Shown here piece by piece: positions 63,724-64,000 of a stretch of DNA of 64,000 nt (position 1 is its first letter; every line of letters starts with the position of its first letter). The stretch comes from an uncultured Candidatus Saccharibacteria bacterium (GTDB lineage Bacteria > Patescibacteriota > Minisyncoccia > Phycocordibacterales > Phycocordibacteraceae), in contig CAZZAT010000001.1 of NCBI GenBank assembly GCA_964652615.1, positions 217,886 through 281,885 on the forward strand. Direction: 5' to 3'. The notes under the pieces were generated by a model. That model saw only the letters and a program-made list of their open reading frames with translations, had not been told where the DNA came from and made no database searches. A program made the translations under genes and the position numbers.

Positions 63724-64000
63724 TTAGGCTACATACTCTCATAATACCCTTTATTCATCAATTCTTTCGGCAAGAGCTTCAGCCACTCCATCATTTTTAC
63801 CTTGAAGTACGTGCTTGAAACTACAATGTTACACACCCCATACCTAAGGCGTGCTGTTTTATGTCTCCCTTGTATACGTATACTTTTCGTAAATCTGCCA
63901 AGGGAGATCCCTGAGGCAAACGACCAAAAACGACGGTTTGAGGCCTCATCAATGTCTGGGTAAATAAGCACATTGGCACGTATCTTTTCAGATGGTATTC

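Noticed and set aside
63454-63744. 96-aa plus-strand ORF
   Set aside because: It runs straight through tRNA-Gly(GCC) and a pyrimidine-rich spacer, so it is a spurious ORF.
1-64000. CRISPR arrays, rRNA genes, transposases, integrases
   Set aside because: No regularly spaced direct repeats, no rRNA-like segments and no recombinase or transposase ORFs were recognisable anywhere in the window.

Overview
This 64 kb window is a gene-dense bacterial chromosome segment with no rRNA genes and no CRISPR arrays. Core genes appear GC-rich and the suspected inserted genes visibly AT-richer (composition by eye).

Positions 1-20.3 kb are one minus-strand array of the classical str/S10/spc ribosomal-protein operons: rpsL, rpsG, fusA, tuf, rpsJ, rplC, rplD, rplW, rplB, rpsS, rplV, rpsC, rplP, rpmC, rpsQ, rplN, rplX, rplE, rpsN, rpsH, rplF, rplR, rpsE, rplO and a secY N-terminal fragment. 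The array is unusual in two ways. There is no rpmD (L30) between rpsE and rplO. It is also broken at least seven times by non-ribosomal genes: secreted beta-barrel-like proteins, a DUF3298-like protein, an AT-rich membrane protein, an NlpC/P60 peptidase plus a DUF3592-like protein, and an orphan ORF with an antisense small membrane gene. Several of these carry their own consensus promoters and terminators.

The remainder (20-64 kb) holds housekeeping genes: rpmB, rnhA, recJ, pgk, tpiA, nusA, ppa, clpP, rny, HU, a superoxide dismutase and two HIT proteins. It also contains a type IV pilus locus (pilB, pilC, two prepilin-like genes and a PilX-like gene), a ComEC that is split in two, a ~1370-aa surface protein with a C-terminal peptidoglycan-binding domain, and three minus-strand tRNAs (Gly-UCC, Pro-UGG, Gly-GCC).

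The most unusual structures are listed here.
- A 2.4 kb AT-richer islet next to tRNA-Gly(UCC) is bounded by a 27/30-identical direct repeat and a degenerate tRNA-3'-half-like hairpin. An HTH/LAGLIDADG-like gene ends 2 nt from the tRNA.
- A 30-aa hydrophobic peptide gene with a near-consensus promoter, strong RBS and terminator sits inside the pilus locus.
- pgk is interrupted by a single in-frame TAA.
- ComEC is split into channel and MBL parts by an opposite-strand orphan plus SOD cassette.

The gene content (L30 absence, pili, ComEC, giant surface proteins, RNase Y) is compatible with a small-genome uncultivated lineage such as Patescibacteria/CPR. This cannot be established from the sequence alone, and the beta-barrel-like secreted protein argues for caution.
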